A stretch of DNA of 64,000 bases from a virus (taxonomy: Duplodnaviria > Heunggongvirae > Uroviricota > Caudoviricetes): the IMG/VR virus record IMGVR_UViG_3300027708_003081. One strand, 5' to 3'. Below the pieces are notes generated by a model. It ran no database searches, was not told the DNA's origin, and worked only from the letters and a program-made list of their open reading frames with translations. Positions 37,765-47,445 of the stretch are shown piece after piece (within the stretch, counting starts at the first letter, position 1; each line of letters begins with the position of its first letter). A program made the translations under genes and the position numbers.

Positions 37765-38454
37765 ATGAGAAAGATAATATTAACAAAAGAACAAGTTGAC
37801 GAAATTTTAAGATTGTATAATGATGAATTATTAGGTTCTCCGGCAATAAGTGAAAAACTAAAAATACACAAAACAATCGTATTAAATGCTTTAAGAGAAA
37901 ATGGTGTTAAATTAGGTCCATCAGGTAGACGTTTTATTGGTGGTAGAACGGTTGCTATGAAGAAATACGAATCAAAACCGGAAACAAAAGAGAGAAAAAA
38001 GAAAAATTATTATGAGTGGTACGAACAAAATAAAGACCACAGAAAAAAATATATGGATGAATACCGAGAAAATAACATCGATAAAATCCGAGAGGTTAAA
38101 CGTAACTATGAAAGAAACCGGAAAGCGAACGACCCCCTCTATAAACTAGTTGCTAATTTTAGGACTGCGATATATACCGTATTAAAAGAAAATAATATGA
38201 ATAAATACGGACATTATTTTGAAATTTTACAGTATAGTCCTGAGGAACTTGCAATACACTTGGAAAATCAGTTTACAGAAGATATGACGTGGGAAAATTA
38301 CGGGGAATGGCACGTTGACCATAGATTACCTATCACATCATTTAACTTCCAAGAAATCGGAGATAATGAATTTATGAGGTGTTGGAGTTTGGATAATCTT
38401 CAACCGATGTGGGCGGACGAAAATATTAGAAAATCTAATAATATTTTAGTATAA
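37765..38454 (+). CDS. Free-standing HNH-type homing endonuclease with N-terminal HTH
   Basis: MTWENYGEWHVDHRLP..NLQPMWADENIRKSN; ATG at 37765. Confidence 0.8.
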   Translation: MRKIILTKEQVDEILRLYNDELLGSPAISEKLKIHKTIVLNALRENGVKLGPSGRRFIGGRTVAMKKYESKPETKERKKKNYYEWYEQNKDHRKKYMDEYRENNIDKIREVKRNYERNRKANDPLYKLVANFRTAIYTVLKENNMNKYGHYFEILQYSPEELAIHLENQFTEDMTWENYGEWHVDHRLPITSFNFQEIGDNEFMRCWSLDNLQPMWADENIRKSNNILV

Positions 38455-38472
38455 ATTTATATCCCCAACACA

Positions 38473-38709
38473 TTACTCAGTGGGGGTTTCTTCATTTTCG
38501 GGTTGGGTTAATATTCTTAACGCTTTTGAGAGTATTTCTGATTCTTGCATCGAGTATAAACTTTTAGTATAAGCCATTTGAATTGCTTGTGTTAACACAT
38601 AAAATGCTTGTTCGGGAGTCATTTTATCAATAAATTTTGGAACCGCTGATGGTTCATATATCGCAATACTTTCAAAAAGATATCCAATTGGTTCTGTTGT
38701 TCCTGTCAT
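38473..38709 (-). CDS. Hypothetical protein
   Basis: 78-aa ORF. Confidence 0.65.
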   Translation of the reverse strand: MTGTTEPIGYLFESIAIYEPSAVPKFIDKMTPEQAFYVLTQAIQMAYTKSLYSMQESEILSKALRILTQPENEETPTE

Positions 38710-38746
38710 AATTAAAATTTAAGATATTTATAATATACGTAAATAT

Positions 38747-39433
38747 ATGAATAAAAAACAATTAAAAGAATCAACGGGTTCGGGAAGTTCGGGAAGTTTT
38801 AAAACACCGATAAACTTTGCACCACTTGATTGGGGTAAAGAACCATTAGAACCTTTTAACATAAGGGTGTCTGACTATTTAAATCCAACTTTAGCTTACG
38901 ATAGTTATGATGGTTCTTTAGATATTTCAAAAGAAAAGGCGGACAAAATAGAAAGACTTACAAAAAAGCTTTCAAGAAAGGCGTCAGAAGCATTTGGACA
39001 AAATGATGATGATGGAAATCCATTAAATGGTTTTATTCCTATGGGAGATACTACATCAGGGACGCCTGGCAAAGAATCTGATTTGGTTAAAGAAGATTTG
39101 GGTGTTTGGTTTGGAACAAAAAAGAAACCAAAAGGTAGTAGTCAACCAAAAGGTCCTTGGGTTAATATTTGTCGTAAAAAAGAAGGCGGTGGACATCCTC
39201 CTTGTGGTAGACCGGACGCATCAGATAAGGGGTACCCTAAATGTAGAGCGGCGGGAGTTGCATCCAAAATGACGGATTCTCAAAAAAGAAGTGCGTGTCA
39301 ACAAAAAAGAAAGGCTGAAAAATCACATTCAAAATCAGGTACGGGAAACAAACCAAAAATGACTCATTACAAGCCAAAAAATGAATCTACAAGAGATTTA
39401 ATTAGAAAAATATTAAGAGAAAATTTTAACTAA
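38747..39433 (+). CDS. Hypothetical late protein with basic Cys-containing domain
   Basis: EDLGVWFG..WVNIC..PCGR..YPKC; LKES leader and IRKILREN tail. Confidence 0.75.
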   Translation: MNKKQLKESTGSGSSGSFKTPINFAPLDWGKEPLEPFNIRVSDYLNPTLAYDSYDGSLDISKEKADKIERLTKKLSRKASEAFGQNDDDGNPLNGFIPMGDTTSGTPGKESDLVKEDLGVWFGTKKKPKGSSQPKGPWVNICRKKEGGGHPPCGRPDASDKGYPKCRAAGVASKMTDSQKRSACQQKRKAEKSHSKSGTGNKPKMTHYKPKNESTRDLIRKILRENFN

Positions 39434-39827
39434 CTTTTTTAAGTATTTCTTTTAAAGAATGTTGGATATTATTTTTTATTTCATCTTCAAGTTCTTGTCT
39501 TCTTTTTTCCATCTCATTATCAAATAATTCACAAATGTTTGAATAATATTCAAATGATTCAATAAAAACATTATAACTATATACGTGATTTATTAGACTA
39601 ATTGTCCTGCTATTAATAACAATAAACATATTGTTATCGTCGTTTTTTATAAATCTTTTAAAAGATATGGGGGCATTTGTTAATTTTGAATTAGGATTCA
39701 TAATTAACTTTTGGCATATTTGAATTGCGTAAATTTCTTCTTCTTTAGGTTCAGGAGTGGGGTCAAATTTGTTTTTGAGATATAGATATAATCTATGTAA
39801 TAGTCCGGATTTTTTTTCAGTATTCAT
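39426..39827 (-). CDS. Hypothetical protein
   Basis: 133-aa ORF; TAATTTTG element just upstream. Confidence 0.7.
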   Translation of the reverse strand: MNTEKKSGLLHRLYLYLKNKFDPTPEPKEEEIYAIQICQKLIMNPNSKLTNAPISFKRFIKNDDNNMFIVINSRTISLINHVYSYNVFIESFEYYSNICELFDNEMEKRRQELEDEIKNNIQHSLKEILKKVS

Positions 39828-39893
39828 ACCACAAAATTAGTGTTTTTTATTGATTAAATAAACATAGTCACCTATTTTTAAAAAAAAATAATA

Positions 39894-40319
39894 ATGAAAA
39901 AAGTACAAAACGGAAACACAGTAAGTGTAAATTACACAGGAAAATTTGAAGATGGACAAATTTTTGATACTTCCTTAATTGAAGGAAGAGAACCTATTAA
40001 AGCGACTATTGGTGAAAAACAAGTAATTCCAGGATTTGAAAATGGACTTCTTGAAATGGAGATTGGAGAAAAGAAAACAATCGAAATTGAGGCGGTAGAT
40101 GCTTATGGTGATTATAAAGAAGAAATGATATTCGATGTTCCAAAAGGTCAATTCCCTGAAGGAGTTAAAACAGGTGATATTCTAAATGCTCAAAGCGCTA
40201 TGGGACCTGTAAACGTAACAGTAGTTGAAGTTATGGAGGATATGATTAAGATTGATGCTAATCATCCTTTGGCAGGTAAAAAACTCATATTTGATTTGGA
40301 AGTGATGGATATTCAGTAA
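39894..40319 (+). CDS. FKBP-type peptidyl-prolyl isomerase (SlyD/SlpA-like)
   Basis: VSVNYTG..DGQIFDTS, VIPGFE..L, AYG, IDANHPLAGKKL.F. Confidence 0.95.
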   Translation: MKKVQNGNTVSVNYTGKFEDGQIFDTSLIEGREPIKATIGEKQVIPGFENGLLEMEIGEKKTIEIEAVDAYGDYKEEMIFDVPKGQFPEGVKTGDILNAQSAMGPVNVTVVEVMEDMIKIDANHPLAGKKLIFDLEVMDIQ

Positions 40320-40356
40320 AAAATTTAACCCCTCTTTTGGAGGGGTTTTTTATTTC

Positions 40357-40824
40357 TTAACAATAAGGTGGAGAACATCTTTTTTTACCATCTGAACCAG
40401 GCATTTTACCTTTACATACTTGAACCGCGTAACCGTTCGCATATGCCGAGGGGTAAACCTTAAATTTAGATTTTGCTGCGGATTTACCACGAGCACATAA
40501 TTTAGTTCCTGATTTTTTACGTCCTTCTGACATCATATCCATTTCATCGTGAGGTATATTCTCTTCACGTTTTGTTTCATTCATCATAAAGTCAAATACT
40601 TGGTCGACATTCTCTTTTGCAGATGAGATATGGTCATCAGCCCAATCGTGCCCATTCATTAAAATCTCGTCCACCGTACGGGGGTCTAATTCCAATAATA
40701 ATTCACATTGTCTTTTCATTTGTTCCAAATTACTGAAAAACATATAATTTGGTGATTCTTGTTCCTTAAGAACTTTTTTAACGAGACGATTTATGTCTGT
40801 TTCTGTTAATTTAATTGTTTTCAT
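40357..40824 (-). CDS. Hypothetical late protein with LTE leader and basic Cys domain
   Basis: MKTIKLTETDINRLVKKVLKEQ; LCARGK..KVYPSAYANG..C. Confidence 0.75.
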   Translation of the reverse strand: MKTIKLTETDINRLVKKVLKEQESPNYMFFSNLEQMKRQCELLLELDPRTVDEILMNGHDWADDHISSAKENVDQVFDFMMNETKREENIPHDEMDMMSEGRKKSGTKLCARGKSAAKSKFKVYPSAYANGYAVQVCKGKMPGSDGKKRCSPPYC

Positions 40825-40826
40825 AA

Positions 40827-41438
40827 TTATTGAATTTTATATCCTGTACTAGCAGTGTTTACGAATTTATCTAATCCACCAAGATTATTTTTAAATAGAT
40901 TAATAACATCAAGAGGTGTTATTTTTTGTTTATTAGGGAAATGGTGTTTATAAAAAGGAAAATATATATCTGCGCCTATAAACTTTGACATATCTTCAGG
41001 ATTTTTAAAATTACCTGATGTGTCAAAATATTTTGTATATTCTGTATTAGAATTTTTTCTATTAAATCTATCAGCATCTCTCCAAGCCGCAGTATAATAA
41101 TCCATTTTATTTTTTTTACTTGGTGGTTGAACTTCATCAGGTAACGAAGCTCTATCATTTTTATATGATGTCATAATTAAATCTTTATCATTATCATCGT
41201 AAGATAAGAAATTACTAATTTCCGCAAAATTTGAACCACCACTAATTGTGTCTTCGTATGTACCATCTCCACTTCCTGAATCATCAGTACCTAAACGAGA
41301 ACCTATTTTTTTTATTCCATCGCCAGTCATTGTTGATGACGTTCCATGACATCCATATCCACCCTTAGAACATCTTTGTTCTTTAATAGTTTGTCGTATT
41401 AAACTAATAAGTTCCGACTCAGTTAATCTTACTTTCAT
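40827..41438 (-). CDS. Hypothetical late protein with LTE leader
   Basis: MKVRLTESELISLIRQTIKEQ. Confidence 0.75.
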   Translation of the reverse strand: MKVRLTESELISLIRQTIKEQRCSKGGYGCHGTSSTMTGDGIKKIGSRLGTDDSGSGDGTYEDTISGGSNFAEISNFLSYDDNDKDLIMTSYKNDRASLPDEVQPPSKKNKMDYYTAAWRDADRFNRKNSNTEYTKYFDTSGNFKNPEDMSKFIGADIYFPFYKHHFPNKQKITPLDVINLFKNNLGGLDKFVNTASTGYKIQ

Positions 41439-41439
41439 A

Positions 41440-41637
41440 TTAGTTATTTAAACCGTTAAAACCACCAATTGTTATAGAAGAGTAATCAATCACAGTATCT
41501 CCTGTAGATGAATGGGCATATGTTATATTTTGTGGATGTGGAGCATTCCCCAAAGAAGAATCCCAAGTACCCCCCGAAAAACTACCTAATATTTGATTAG
41601 AATATTGATAGAATGTATTTGCGCTATATGTTGCCAT
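41440..41637 (-). CDS. Small Gly/Ser/Thr-rich protein, probably structural
   Basis: 65 aa; TATTTAT upstream. Confidence 0.6.
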   Translation of the reverse strand: MATYSANTFYQYSNQILGSFSGGTWDSSLGNAPHPQNITYAHSSTGDTVIDYSSITIGGFNGLNN

Positions 41638-41664
41638 AATATTTTAATTTATAATAAATATCTT

Positions 41665-43197
41665 TTATTTCTTGTTTACTATCTGAAATGTTAATTGTTT
41701 TTTGTAAGTATCTTTTTGCCCACTAATATTTACCTTCATATCAACATAATATTGATTAGGTATTTTATCTGTTGTATCAAAAATAAAATAATACTCGTTA
41801 GGTGTTCTATTAATTTTAGTCCAATCTTGAACTTGAACTTCTGTAGTTCCTTCTCTTACATATATTCTATAAAATGCGTCAACATCAGATAATAATGTTT
41901 GAGTTGAGTACGCTTTTTTAATTATAACACCAACTTTTCTAATGTCCGTGTTTAATATTTTTTCATCTTGTTTTATACCATAAAAATCAAATCCAAATAC
42001 TTCAGGAGTATTTGATAATGAACCCATTTGAACTTTTGCTCCAACATTTTTTAATATAAATTGATTTGTTACATTTGGAAGGTATTCTCCATTCAATATT
42101 AGATTACTCCATATATCATAAAACTCACAAGGAGTGTTATAAGTATTGAATACCGCAGGAACAAAAACTTCATACACACCCGTCGTTCTTGGACATCCTG
42201 TAAGATTTAAAACAACAGGTTCATCATTTCTATCTAATATTGTTGCAATTGGCGCTGAATCTAAATTAACTAAATTACCATTTTGATAAACATACAGATA
42301 TAGTTTATTTGTCTGATTTTTTACAAAATTATTTCTATCGTCTTGTATTAAATCATCATAAGTAGTTAATAAATAAGGTTGGTAAAAAGTTTGTGTATGT
42401 CTTGTAAAGAACGCTACACTATAAGTCTCGGTTAATCCTGTAATATTTTCAACATCAGGAAGATACGCAACACCCCAACCTGTCACACCAGTTAATGTAC
42501 CATCAATAATACTATTGATTTCATCCGTCATATTAAAATTAATATCTTCATTTCCAAATTCAAAATGTTGCCTGTCTATTATTGTTAATCCGCTAAAATT
42601 AACAATACCATTATCTTTATTATCATAAATTCCTTGTTGAGACCAGTTAGTTATAGTTGTTGTTTTAAACCAATTAGAAGGTCTATCAGAGTAAGACCTA
42701 TCATCAACATATGTTAATGGAGAAGAACCCCCTTGATTGTTTACTGTTGCTAAATTAAACTCATTAAAATCATATCCCACACCTTCATCCCAATACTGCG
42801 GATTTCCTATATTTTCTTGTGTTTTTGGAATTCTAAATAATATTAAATCAAATGAAGTTGCTCTTCTTCTACCTGTAGTCATTTTTGTGTTTAATAACTC
42901 CTCTTGAAATGAAGAAGTATTTGTCATCTGTAGATAGTGAGTCATATTATCAGTACAGGCGGTTGTTATCAAATTATTTTTGATATTATTGATTAAACCA
43001 TTTAAATCTAAATTGAAGATAAATCTTGTAAATCCACCGGAATAAACCTGAGAACCACTAAATGGTATTCTTAATGGACCCGATGGTATGTCCTGACCAC
43101 CAAAATTTAATTCCATAACAGGGTTTCTTCCCGTGTTAGTGTAGGAATTAGAAATTATGGTATTATTTTTATTTATGTAAGACCTGAATATTGACAT
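41665..43197 (-). CDS. Putative structural (baseplate/tail-associated) protein
   Basis: 510 aa, beta-rich composition, adjacent to gp5-like gene. Confidence 0.55.
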   Translation of the reverse strand: MSIFRSYINKNNTIISNSYTNTGRNPVMELNFGGQDIPSGPLRIPFSGSQVYSGGFTRFIFNLDLNGLINNIKNNLITTACTDNMTHYLQMTNTSSFQEELLNTKMTTGRRRATSFDLILFRIPKTQENIGNPQYWDEGVGYDFNEFNLATVNNQGGSSPLTYVDDRSYSDRPSNWFKTTTITNWSQQGIYDNKDNGIVNFSGLTIIDRQHFEFGNEDINFNMTDEINSIIDGTLTGVTGWGVAYLPDVENITGLTETYSVAFFTRHTQTFYQPYLLTTYDDLIQDDRNNFVKNQTNKLYLYVYQNGNLVNLDSAPIATILDRNDEPVVLNLTGCPRTTGVYEVFVPAVFNTYNTPCEFYDIWSNLILNGEYLPNVTNQFILKNVGAKVQMGSLSNTPEVFGFDFYGIKQDEKILNTDIRKVGVIIKKAYSTQTLLSDVDAFYRIYVREGTTEVQVQDWTKINRTPNEYYFIFDTTDKIPNQYYVDMKVNISGQKDTYKKQLTFQIVNKK

Positions 43198-43220
43198 TTA
43201 TATGTTTTATTATATAAATA

Positions 43221-44738
43221 TCAATTCAAACGAATATTCTTATTTAAAATCGTATTTATCGCATTTTGCATTTGAGAAAGTAAATCTGCGGTGTTTGAAC
43301 CATCCTGTGTGACAGATACTGGAGGTAATCCAGGATATGCGTGAGTATGAGTCGTTAAAAATCTAACAATAACATTTAATAAATCTAAAAGTTCTTCGCC
43401 TCTTACCATACTTGAGGTTTTAGGTAAAATTTCATCTGTATATACATCATTTGAAATTCCATATAAAGTACCATCAAAATTAATTTTTCCTTTTCCCGGT
43501 ATTGACTCTCCGTGAGATAATAAACATATTTTGTCAGCGCCAAAGGCACCAAATGTTATGGGTGTATCGTTATATTGGTCTAAGGGAACTTGTTTAGATA
43601 CCGTTGTATAAGGTTTTCCAACCGTATCTTCTTTCCAAATTAACCCGTATCCAGGTGTTAAAGTCGTATTGTTTAATTTTATTTTTGTGTATATACTATT
43701 AATATTTGATGGAACTTCAAGACCCGAAATTGAATTTGGAACCGAAGTCATCTTCTCGTAAGTTTGATTATTTGGTCTGTAAAATATTGGATAAGGTTCA
43801 TTAAAGAAAACTTTTTTACCGTTAATATTCCCTTTTTTATTACATACATTTATAAAGTCATTTATAAATTTGGCAGTATCAACTGAAGATAAAGATTGAA
43901 AGTCAGAAGATGAAACTAAAAATTTTAAATCGTCAATTTTTGAATCAACTTTAAGTTCTTTAGAATTACATCTAATGTTTGGTTTTAACCTGTATAAATA
44001 AACAGTTCCCGTAAATTTTTGTTGTAAATTTTCAGGGTTATTTATCACCCATTCAATTAAATAATTTACCATTATCACTCTCTCAAAATTTTCAACATAA
44101 GTAACATCTTTGTCAAAAATTTTAATCCTTTGAAATTTAGATAATTGTAAAAACGACCTTGTGTTGTTTGCCGCGGGAATTTCATTCGGTTGTATAGTTC
44201 CAATTGTTTTACCCGCCCTTAATAAAACTTCATCTTCTTTAACTATTAAATCAGCACTACCTCTACCCAAAATTGCATTATCACCTGGTTCAGGGAAAAC
44301 CCCTTCATTTTTAGGACTTGCATATGTACCATCTTGATTTTTTAAAACCACCGCTTTTTTATACTGACCACCAAGACCTGTTTCAGATTGAGCACCCACA
44401 TAAAATTCTTCAGGTGAAGTTGTTGGAGATGAAAAAGAAGCCTGAATATAAAATTGGTTTTGGAATTTATAATCATTATTATAGTAAAAAACAAAAATTA
44501 ACTCTTTTTCTTTAGGTATTTGATATACAAAATATGGTAAAAAAGTGGTAAAAAGATATGGGTCTCTACTTGTCCATTTATCTTTAGCTTCATCAAATGG
44601 AGGATTAGTAAAACTATTTACGATATCATTAAAATTATCAACTTGAACTCTGGCCCTTACCCTACCTAACATAAGTGGGTCTTTATTGTCAATAACCTCC
44701 GCCTGATAGAAAAAATTTTTATGAATTTTGTGACTCAT
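43221..44738 (-). CDS. Baseplate hub/central spike (gp5/VgrG-like)
   Basis: N-term OB motif EVIDNKDPLMLGRVRARV; C-term HTH metal-binding motif (THTHAYPGLPP). Confidence 0.75.
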   Translation of the reverse strand: MSHKIHKNFFYQAEVIDNKDPLMLGRVRARVQVDNFNDIVNSFTNPPFDEAKDKWTSRDPYLFTTFLPYFVYQIPKEKELIFVFYYNNDYKFQNQFYIQASFSSPTTSPEEFYVGAQSETGLGGQYKKAVVLKNQDGTYASPKNEGVFPEPGDNAILGRGSADLIVKEDEVLLRAGKTIGTIQPNEIPAANNTRSFLQLSKFQRIKIFDKDVTYVENFERVIMVNYLIEWVINNPENLQQKFTGTVYLYRLKPNIRCNSKELKVDSKIDDLKFLVSSSDFQSLSSVDTAKFINDFINVCNKKGNINGKKVFFNEPYPIFYRPNNQTYEKMTSVPNSISGLEVPSNINSIYTKIKLNNTTLTPGYGLIWKEDTVGKPYTTVSKQVPLDQYNDTPITFGAFGADKICLLSHGESIPGKGKINFDGTLYGISNDVYTDEILPKTSSMVRGEELLDLLNVIVRFLTTHTHAYPGLPPVSVTQDGSNTADLLSQMQNAINTILNKNIRLN

Positions 44739-44940
44739 TACCTCTATTTTGATATTCTTTTAGTGTTAAGTTATAAAGCTCTTCAATTTTATCCAAATGT
44801 AAAGTCAACCCAATAATTTTTTCCTTGGTTAACTCAAACTCTAACGTTAATTTATCCATAAAATCAATTAACACAGTATTTGGTAAATTTTTTAAATTAC
44901 CTTGTTGGGATACGATATTTTCCAATTCTAATTTTGTCAT
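44719..44940 (-). CDS. Small coiled-coil protein
   Basis: ATG at 44940 (MTKLEL). Confidence 0.65.
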   Translation of the reverse strand: MTKLELENIVSQQGNLKNLPNTVLIDFMDKLTLEFELTKEKIIGLTLHLDKIEELYNLTLKEYQNRGNESQNS

Positions 44941-44941
44941 A

Positions 44942-47059
44942 TTATCTTTTTTTACCAAAAACTTGTAACAATCCACCGGTTAATGGGGGAACTAAAACCA
45001 TAGCATCTATAGTACCATTTTCCGCCTCTTCTTTGTCTAAACCTTTGGAAATTGACATTATCAATTGATTCATCAAATTTGGCGACCCGTCTGGAAGAGG
45101 TCCTGTTGGCATACCAATACTTTGTAACACCTCAATCATATTCATCGTAGCCCTTTCAGGTGAAGTACCTGGTAATAAAGCGGTAAAAGGTAATAACGCC
45201 TTTGAAATTTTATTGTTTGAAAATGTATTATTTATTAATTTGAATAAATTTAAGATGTCGTCAATTAATGACTTACATTTCCTATAATCAGAAATTAATT
45301 GTTGAACAATTAGACCTAATTCAATTAATCTTATATAAATTGTATATTTTTTTAGTGCTTGAGATTTTTGTAAATCTTGAATAATTGTATCTAATAAATT
45401 TAAAATATCTTTTTTTAAAATATCAAATAAAATTTTTAGAAACTCAGCATTAAGTTTAGAAATTGATTCAATACAAAAGGTTTTAAATTTTTTTAAAAAA
45501 TCTATTCCATCATCTATTAAATTATCAACTTCTTGACCTATCGTAGTACCTGACTGTAAAAAAGTATTTCCGGATTGTATTTGTGTATTAGCAGATTGAA
45601 TTAAATTATTAACTTTATTTTTTGCATTTTTCTCAACAACCTGAAGTAAAGTAAATATTGGAAGTAAAATCTTTGGTGTTAAAATTCCAGATGCAACCGC
45701 TTTTGGTAAATCTCTTATTATATTTTTATTTACTTCAATATCTGCATTAACACCTACAGGTATGATTGGTTTCCAAGATGGATTATCCAAAAAAGTATCA
45801 ACAATTTTTTCCATCGCAGAAACGGTTTGTTGAGGAGTATTTCCTGAAACTGAATTTCTAAAATCCGCCAACTCATTCATTATTGTGTCGACATTAACAG
45901 GTAATTCTATTTCACCACAACTTTGTAATGTTATAATTCCTTTTTGTACATTATTTAATTTAGTATCTATATATCTTAAATCCGCCTCATTAAACTCAAA
46001 AAAACTTTCATCAACACCATCTAATTCTGGAATTTTTGCGACTCCTGAAACATCAATTTCTCTTCTTGAATCATTACATAAACCTAAAATTCTTGATATT
46101 ATTTTTTCTATTTTTGTATTATCAGTTAATTGTTTTTTCTTTAAACTTAAATTAATATCAACACAGTTTGATGCATAATTCATCAAAACACCTATAACAT
46201 TAACAGGGTCTATTAATTTTATAGTACTGTAATAATCTTTCAAAAATTGTTTTATAGTATTACCACTTAAAGACATCGTATTACTTTGGGAACCATTCCT
46301 GTCAATTAGGTGCACTCTAAAAAAATCTCCACTAACTCCCAAATCATTCGAAGTTTCATAAGAAATATCTAATAAATTTTGTTCTGATACACCATTATAA
46401 AATGCGCTAAATTCTGTACCATAAGTTCTACCAACGTTAGTAGAATCCATTCTTAAATTTAACATTTTGTTAAAAGGAAAATTTTTAGGTCCACCATAAG
46501 GTTTAAAGATGGTGTCTTTTGCTGGAGTTTCTTTTTCGTAAAAAAATTTACCTGCTTGTGTTGTGGGGTCTATTTTAAGATTACCAAAAAAATCTATAGA
46601 ATTTAAAGGGATATAAATTCCTTGACTCACAGGTAATGTCTGAATACTTTGAAAAGGGTTTAATGGACTTGGTGTGACACCATTATATGTTTGTTCTTGA
46701 GAACATCCTAAAGCCTTTAAAGTTTCACCAATTAAAATTTCTTGTGCTTTAGGTTCTAATTTAGTTAATGCTTCAAAAACTTTTTTTCTTATGTATTTAA
46801 AAGTTGATGAACTATTTCCTCTAGTTCCTCCGATAAAATCAACAAGATTTTCTAAAGAATTTGGAACGTTCCTTTGAAATCTTTTTTGTTGCTCTTGTAT
46901 TTTATTTAATTGAGAGGATACACTACCAATAGATTCGGATAATAAATCTCCTTTACTTTTTTTTAATTGTTTTTCAGCTTGAGAGAGTTCATTATATGTT
47001 TGTAGTGAGGAAATTTTAGATTTTACATCACTAACATCTGAATTTAAATCAACTCCCAT
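44942..47059 (-). CDS. Large hypothetical, probably structural protein
   Basis: 705-aa ORF in the spike operon. Confidence 0.75.
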   Translation of the reverse strand: MGVDLNSDVSDVKSKISSLQTYNELSQAEKQLKKSKGDLLSESIGSVSSQLNKIQEQQKRFQRNVPNSLENLVDFIGGTRGNSSSTFKYIRKKVFEALTKLEPKAQEILIGETLKALGCSQEQTYNGVTPSPLNPFQSIQTLPVSQGIYIPLNSIDFFGNLKIDPTTQAGKFFYEKETPAKDTIFKPYGGPKNFPFNKMLNLRMDSTNVGRTYGTEFSAFYNGVSEQNLLDISYETSNDLGVSGDFFRVHLIDRNGSQSNTMSLSGNTIKQFLKDYYSTIKLIDPVNVIGVLMNYASNCVDINLSLKKKQLTDNTKIEKIISRILGLCNDSRREIDVSGVAKIPELDGVDESFFEFNEADLRYIDTKLNNVQKGIITLQSCGEIELPVNVDTIMNELADFRNSVSGNTPQQTVSAMEKIVDTFLDNPSWKPIIPVGVNADIEVNKNIIRDLPKAVASGILTPKILLPIFTLLQVVEKNAKNKVNNLIQSANTQIQSGNTFLQSGTTIGQEVDNLIDDGIDFLKKFKTFCIESISKLNAEFLKILFDILKKDILNLLDTIIQDLQKSQALKKYTIYIRLIELGLIVQQLISDYRKCKSLIDDILNLFKLINNTFSNNKISKALLPFTALLPGTSPERATMNMIEVLQSIGMPTGPLPDGSPNLMNQLIMSISKGLDKEEAENGTIDAMVLVPPLTGGLLQVFGKKR

Positions 47060-47061
47060 AA

Positions 47062-47427
47062 TTATTTCATTTTGTAATTCTGTTCATCATTAGATACGTC
47101 CTTCTCAATTAAATTTTGAATTAGGTCATCATCCAAATCTGCCAAAGAAAAATTATCTGTGTTATTATTGGATTTTTCCCAAATTGTGGATTGAAGTTTA
47201 GAAAGATTTATTTTTTTCTCGACGCAATCATTAACTATTTTTTGTTGTTTTTCAATAACTGGACCAATAGTTATCATATCTTCAGCTTCTTTCATCATGG
47301 TCAACATTTTATTTTGAATTCTTATTGCGGTATTTCTTTGTTCTACAAGTTCATTATAGATTTCTTGCATTAATGCAAGTATTGATTCTTTAGTAAAATT
47401 TATTTCTTTTCTTTGTGGTCTTGACAT
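47062..47427 (-). CDS. Coiled-coil hypothetical protein
   Basis: 121 aa; TATTTAT 4 nt upstream. Confidence 0.75.
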   Translation of the reverse strand: MSRPQRKEINFTKESILALMQEIYNELVEQRNTAIRIQNKMLTMMKEAEDMITIGPVIEKQQKIVNDCVEKKINLSKLQSTIWEKSNNNTDNFSLADLDDDLIQNLIEKDVSNDEQNYKMK

Positions 47428-47445
47428 ATAGATAAATATTATATT

